Made by a program: the position numbers and the translations under genes. A stretch of DNA of 11,335 nucleotides from contig JBCCQQ010000106.1 in NCBI GenBank assembly GCA_039024555.1, forward strand, positions 1 through 11,335, read 5' to 3'. The DNA comes from Cyanobacteria bacterium P01_D01_bin.156. Lineage in GTDB: Bacteria > Cyanobacteriota > Cyanobacteriia > Phormidesmidales > Phormidesmidaceae. Shown piece by piece: positions 6,922 to 11,335 of this stretch (position 1 is the stretch's first letter; the number at the start of each line of letters is the position of its first letter). The notes under the pieces are model-generated. The model was not told the origin of the DNA, did not search any database, and was given only the letters and a program-made list of their open reading frames with translations.

Positions 6922-9900
6922 TTAATGACAGAAAGAGTCATGGAAAGACTCAGCAGTGGTTCCTGAGGTAACGAGATTAACCCTTCCGTCAGTAACGAGG
7001 ATCTCTTGAGCCTCAACCACTGACAGCTCACTGGTAGCAGGATTAAAGGTTTCGGCAGAGGGAGCGCTCTCTAACTCTTTGTTGTTTTCTGGTTCAGAAG
7101 GCTGTTGCCTTAAATCTGTCCATATATTTGTTCCCTGCAGTGGTTGTGCTGGATCAGCGCCTACACCACCCCGTCCAGAGGTTACCAGTGAATTAGTTAC
7201 AGAGGATGCTGCGCACGATTTAGCAACGGCACCATCGCCTTCAAAGTCTGCAGTCAATACAGATAAACCCTGAGCTAGATCCACTTCCAGAGTATTTAAC
7301 TCAACATTTCCCTGCAAATCAGGCCCTAATTCTGAACTGGCGGTGATATCGCTTTCAGGTGTTAGCTGCAGTCGATAGTCTGTACCAAGCAAGCTGAGAG
7401 CATTCACAACAATTTGACCACCAAAACTTTCCTCAGCATTAGCCGTAATATCACTATTTTCTAAGGCAATTAGAAAATCTGTATCGATTAAAATATTGCC
7501 ACCAACAGCAGTTCCCCGAGCATCGGTTGCAAACAGGCTACCGTCACGTAACAAAATGACGGGGGACGTAAAGTTCAGGTTACCCTGCCCTCCAGAAGCC
7601 GTAATCTCACTGTCGTTTAGGTATAGAATCTCAGGAGCGCTAACCACAATATTTCCCGCATCACCTGAACCAATTGCATTAGCCACAAACTGACTGTCGT
7701 TTAGTAAACGAAGACTATCAGCTGTAATCTTTAAATTACCGCCGCTGCCGTCACCGGCTGCACTACTACTAATTTGGCTGGCATCGTCTAAAGTTAACGT
7801 ATCTGCTAAGACGACAATATTTCCCTCCTGACCGCTTAGGGTATCCGCATTGAGGGTAGCCATATTCAATACCTGAATACTATCGGCCTCAAGATTAATA
7901 TTTCCAGCAGGTCCAGTACCCGATGGAGCACCACTTAGGCGATCAAAGTTACTGACATCTATGGTTGCCGTATCTTGGATCAAAATTTGGGGGGCCGTGA
8001 GAGAAATATCGCCCCCTGAACCATCCCCGACCACAGCTCGGCTATAAATTCCACTGATTAACGTTTCATCGGTACCCGTACCAGCCAATTCAATCGTATC
8101 TCGTGCAGTCACAATCACATCACCGCCAGCACCATCACCAAAGGTACTGTTGGAGATATAGGCACCATTACTCACTTTTAGCTCATCCGTATCAATACGA
8201 ATGGCACCTGCATTGCCAGTACCTGGATCGCTTACCTCAGCGGAAATAAAACTAGGTGTTTCTCGGATAGCAAACTCTAATGGAGAAAAACTAATGACTC
8301 CACCAAACCCATCTCCTGTTCCATCTACTTCAACAGTATCAGCTGTAATATTAATATCACCGCCATCTCCCGTACCACTGTTGGATGAGCTTAGTTGGCT
8401 ACCATTTAATACCTGTAGGTTAGGAGTATCGATATTGATATCTCCAGCATTGCCAGTGGGTGGGGATGAGCCACCAAATATATCTAAAATAGGAGCAGCC
8501 GCTGTCACCAATGATGTCAATGCAGGAAAGAAGGCAAACTCTGGAAGTTGGCTGTCAATAATGACAGATTCTGTTGCAGTAATATTGAGAACGCCCGCAT
8601 CACCACTCCCACGGGTCTGTACCCCTGTAATACTGCCATCAATTAACGATAAGCGTTCTGTTGTAATGTTAATGTCGCCACCATTGCCAGCAGCATTCAC
8701 ACCAACATAGGAGCCAAAAACACTAAGATTCGATGTCAGATCCAGCTCTCCGATAGAAATATCTTTAGCATTAATAGTGACATTTCCAGCATCTCCATCC
8801 CCATTAGTTTCAGTTAATAAAATTCCTCCTCCTGAAATAGTAAAGTTATCAGTATTAATGGCAACATCAGCACCATCTCCCGTACTGCCTGCGGGTGCTA
8901 CAGTTGTCCAGGTACTGGTAACAAATGGACTATAGTTCTCAGCAGCGGAGGTGGGAGGATTAGGGGGAAACGGTGCACCGGTATATTCCAAGCCTTGAAT
9001 TGTAATACTCCCAGGAGCAATCGCTTGTAAGGAACCACCGTCTGCACTCCCCAAGGTCTCCAGAAGAATAACAGAGCCACTACTAAAATCGATGTTGTTA
9101 GCTAACATATTGACGTTGCCGGATGGATCTCCGCTAGCGTCAATGGAACCTGCTCCGGTGACTACCAAGTCACCTAATTCGGTGCCAGATGGTAAATCGA
9201 TACTGGGAACACCTGCATCTGATTGAAACGATAGAAACTCCTCTGTAGTACTACTCAAGGGTAAATAGCCAGTTGAGATCGCAGCTAGTTCAACAGTTCC
9301 TCCAGTACTGGTTAGGTTACCACCATTGACTATGATATTTCCTCCCAATAATGCGAGAGAGTGCCCTGCAGGGATTATTAATCCATCTTGGCGAAATCTG
9401 GTGTCCAGCAACTCTGTATTAAGGTCCACCACTATTTGGCTACCTGAACCCTCCACTCGGATTTCACCAGGATCTGCACCATATTGTAAACCCAGGGGAG
9501 TACTTACAGTCAACAAGGGAACTGTTGAAGGATTTACAGCGCTAAAGCTATCTCCATTACCAAAATCAATGGACTCGGCTGTTGTTACCACCAATGAACC
9601 GTCAATATCTAGCTGAGCAGTTTCACCAAAAATCACACCGTTAGAATTGAGCAAAAATAGATCAGCAGTTCCGTCAACGCCCAAAGTCCCCAAAATATTA
9701 GAAGCATTGTTGCCCGTAACACGGGTAAATATAGTTTCGATGCCTGCCGGATCGGCAAAGTAAACCCGTTCTCCCACTTGCACGTTAAAGTCTTGAAAGC
9801 TATGAAATAGACTGTCACTGCGGGTAGCTCCGCCTTCGATCAAAATAGCTGAGCTACCACCTACAGTTGCCGACGTATTAACGCTAGAGTTCTGATCGCT

Positions 9901-10059
9901 GAGCTGGCTAGAAGGAGCCAATGTAGTGTCAGGAATAATCTGAGCCACTGCTCCAGACATCATACTAACCATGTGCATTCCCCACATGAGGTGAGCACCA
10001 AGTAAAGGCCACCCCCAACGCATTAGTCGAGGCTGCTGCTTAGATTGAGGAGTAATCAT
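6922..10059 (-). CDS. Filamentous haemagglutinin N-terminal-domain exoprotein (TpsA-like, two-partner secretion)
   Basis: Signal-like N-terminus ending AVA-QIIPD. Secretion domain motifs LFHSFQDFNV, IFTRVTG, SNILGTL, LFLLNSNGVIFG. Many GxGxAG(N/D)IxI beta-helix repeats. Cyanobacterial-type C-terminus DITASS...C...GRGG...C. Confidence 0.93.
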   Translation of the reverse strand: MITPQSKQQPRLMRWGWPLLGAHLMWGMHMVSMMSGAVAQIIPDTTLAPSSQLSDQNSSVNTSATVGGSSAILIEGGATRSDSLFHSFQDFNVQVGERVYFADPAGIETIFTRVTGNNASNILGTLGVDGTADLFLLNSNGVIFGETAQLDIDGSLVVTTAESIDFGNGDSFSAVNPSTVPLLTVSTPLGLQYGADPGEIRVEGSGSQIVVDLNTELLDTRFRQDGLIIPAGHSLALLGGNIIVNGGNLTSTGGTVELAAISTGYLPLSSTTEEFLSFQSDAGVPSIDLPSGTELGDLVVTGAGSIDASGDPSGNVNMLANNIDFSSGSVILLETLGSADGGSLQAIAPGSITIQGLEYTGAPFPPNPPTSAAENYSPFVTSTWTTVAPAGSTGDGADVAINTDNFTISGGGILLTETNGDGDAGNVTINAKDISIGELDLTSNLSVFGSYVGVNAAGNGGDINITTERLSLIDGSITGVQTRGSGDAGVLNITATESVIIDSQLPEFAFFPALTSLVTAAAPILDIFGGSSPPTGNAGDINIDTPNLQVLNGSQLSSSNSGTGDGGDINITADTVEVDGTGDGFGGVISFSPLEFAIRETPSFISAEVSDPGTGNAGAIRIDTDELKVSNGAYISNSTFGDGAGGDVIVTARDTIELAGTGTDETLISGIYSRAVVGDGSGGDISLTAPQILIQDTATIDVSNFDRLSGAPSGTGPAGNINLEADSIQVLNMATLNADTLSGQEGNIVVLADTLTLDDASQISSSAAGDGSGGNLKITADSLRLLNDSQFVANAIGSGDAGNIVVSAPEILYLNDSEITASGGQGNLNFTSPVILLRDGSLFATDARGTAVGGNILIDTDFLIALENSDITANAEESFGGQIVVNALSLLGTDYRLQLTPESDITASSELGPDLQGNVELNTLEVDLAQGLSVLTADFEGDGAVAKSCAASSVTNSLVTSGRGGVGADPAQPLQGTNIWTDLRQQPSEPENNKELESAPSAETFNPATSELSVVEAQEILVTDGRVNLVTSGTTAESFHDSFCH

Positions 10060-10238
10060 GGTGGTAGACGCTTTTCAGTAGGGGAATTCAAGGCATGAGT
10101 GAATCCCCCTGATTATTCCCATCCTCTGGAAGGGATCACTAACTCTAGTTGATACTAAACTGGGCTTGTTACGGTAAATACGTAGAATACGGATTCCAAA
10201 GAGCAGTGCATATCTAGTATTTACAATCAAATTAACTT

Positions 10239-10292
10239 ATTGAGCTGAAGTTAAAAAAGTCTCAGATTGAGCTGAATGTAGCAAAGTCTTAG
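10239..10292. repeat. Two tandem 27-bp imperfect direct repeats
   Basis: ATTGAGCTGAAGTTAAAAAAGTCTCAG and ATTGAGCTGAATGTAGCAAAGTCTTAG, 22/27 identical. Confidence 0.75.
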
Positions 10293-10416
10293 GCCAAATT
10301 CAGTACATATACGATTACTTTTGAAATGTATCAAGGAGAATCTAATTATTATTGGAGATATAGGCAAATGTACTAAATCCCATAACTGTTCTTTCGACTT
10401 ATTAAGTGTAAATACC

Positions 10417-10569
10417 ATGTCAGAGCAAACTCAAACTACTCAGCCTCTTTTATGGAAACCTCTTGCTGATAAGAATGCAGAAATCGTAAAGGGAGGTGGA
10501 AAAGTTACTTATACTGATTGGTGCCCTCGAACAGGTAAGCATGTAACAAAGACCATTTGGGTTCCATAA
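10417..10569 (+). CDS. Double-glycine-leader peptide precursor, copy 1 (50 aa)
   Basis: MSEQTQTTQPLLWKPLADKNAEIVKGG|GKVTYTDWCPRTGKHVTKTIWVP. LxDxxAExVxGG is a double-Gly-type leader end. The paralog at 11021 differs mostly at synonymous sites in the core. Confidence 0.85.
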   Translation: MSEQTQTTQPLLWKPLADKNAEIVKGGGKVTYTDWCPRTGKHVTKTIWVP

Positions 10570-10652
10570 CATTTTTACTAAGTTCCGATCGTGTTTTTAG
10601 AAGCGTCTTAATACGACACTTCTTTAACGTTATTGCAATATGAGAGATTTTA

Positions 10653-10694
10653 AGAAGAGCTGAGCTATCTATTCTATGGAAGCTCAGCTCTTCT
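10653..10694. terminator. Strong stem-loop downstream of peptide copy 1 (terminator or RNA stabiliser)
   Basis: Perfect 14-bp inverted repeat AGAAGAGCTGAGCT / AGCTCAGCTCTTCT with a 14-nt loop, followed by ATATTGTTTT. Confidence 0.65.
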
Positions 10695-11020
10695 ATATTG
10701 TTTTACAAGAAAATTTTGAGGCACCAAATGCCTCTTTACAAAGGGCTTATGTCAAGCCTAAACACATTAAAGCTATTACTAATCGATATTAATGCTGAAG
10801 TGGCTAATTAGCCAGAGCAATGGTGGCTGTTAGCCAATAGAAAATCACAAGGCTTTATACTCGAAACACTTTATTTATTTTAAGTTCATACATTCTTAAA
10901 CTGAAACTCAGCAGTCGTACCATTACTTTTGACATTTGTACATGAGAACATAGACGTAGAGAAATGTGCAAATGCACTAAATCTCATACCTGTTCTTTCA
11001 ATTTACAAGGTGTACGTAAC

Positions 11021-11170
11021 ATGTCTAAGCTTACTCAAACAACCAAAACTATTTTATGGCAACCCCTTTCTGATAAAAATTCAGCAGCTCTAAAGGGTGG
11101 TGGAAAGGTTACTTATACTGATTGGTGTAACCGAACAGGTAAGCACGTAACAAAGACTATATGGGTCTAA
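11021..11170 (+). CDS. Double-glycine-leader peptide precursor, copy 2 (49 aa)
   Basis: MSKLTQTTKTILWQPLSDKNSAALKGG|GKVTYTDWCNRTGKHVTKTIWV, with AAGGTG upstream as a possible RBS. 37/49 identical to copy 1. Confidence 0.85.
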   Translation: MSKLTQTTKTILWQPLSDKNSAALKGGGKVTYTDWCNRTGKHVTKTIWV

Positions 11171-11205
11171 TCATAATTGTCATTGAGCTCTGATCGGGTA
11201 CCAAC

Positions 11206-11334
11206 TTAAGCCGCAAAACCATTTGCGTATGAGGGATTCATCTTTTGTGCTTTAGATGACTTCCGGGGCATCGGTAAATCACCAATATGCTCGAGCATCC
11301 ATTCGAATACATCTGGAAAAGGGTGGTCAAAAAG
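11206..11334 (-). CDS. C-terminal 42 aa of an unidentified gene entering from the right edge
   Basis: Open frame from the window edge: LFDHPFPDVFEWMLEHIGDLPMPRKSSKAQKMNPSYANGFAA*, stopping 35 nt from the peptide copy 2 stop. Too short to assign a family. Confidence 0.5.
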   Translation of the reverse strand, partial: LFDHPFPDVFEWMLEHIGDLPMPRKSSKAQKMNPSYANGFAA

Positions 11335-11335
11335 C

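Noticed and set aside
7079..9818. Antisense and nested ORFs inside the FHA gene, including 8201..8710 (169 aa)
   Set aside because: These are expected shadows of a Gly/Asn/Ile-rich repetitive coding sequence.
10321..10416. Longer TTG start for peptide copy 1 (and ATG 10964 for copy 2)
   Set aside because: The two upstream starts are not homologous, whereas the ATGs at 10417 and 11021 align and give typical 27-aa GG leaders. Kept only as an alternative in the findings.
11233..11264. Imperfect hairpin GGATTCATCT...AGATGACTTCC after peptide copy 2
   Set aside because: It lies inside the probable convergent coding tail, is imperfect and has no U-tract, so it cannot be supported as a terminator.

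Overview
An 11.3-kb cyanobacterial chromosomal region (two HIP1 GCGATCGC sites, a cyanobacterial-type transaldolase/EF-hand fusion, a cyanobacterial-type FHA-domain exoprotein). Left to right it contains: the 3' end and terminal inverted repeat of an IS256-family element; an apparent integron-type gene cassette on the minus strand (attI-like site, AT-rich ORF with a HEPN-like RxxxxxH motif, 55-bp attC-like site) just downstream of tal, with no integrase in the window and the next cassette apparently interrupted by the IS; tal; a divergently transcribed small exported protein made of 15 Pro-Cys-Ala-Ala repeats; an alpha/beta hydrolase, YdcF (DUF218) and ArnT/GT39 gene run; a 1045-aa filamentous-haemagglutinin-domain exoprotein; and two tandemly duplicated ~50-aa double-glycine-leader peptide genes with near-identical cores and shared upstream DNA, followed by the C-terminus of an unidentified convergent gene. 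The most interesting items are the double-Gly peptide pair, the integrase-less cassette with a candidate HEPN protein, and the PCAA-repeat protein. All calls come from reading motifs by eye; no database search was run.
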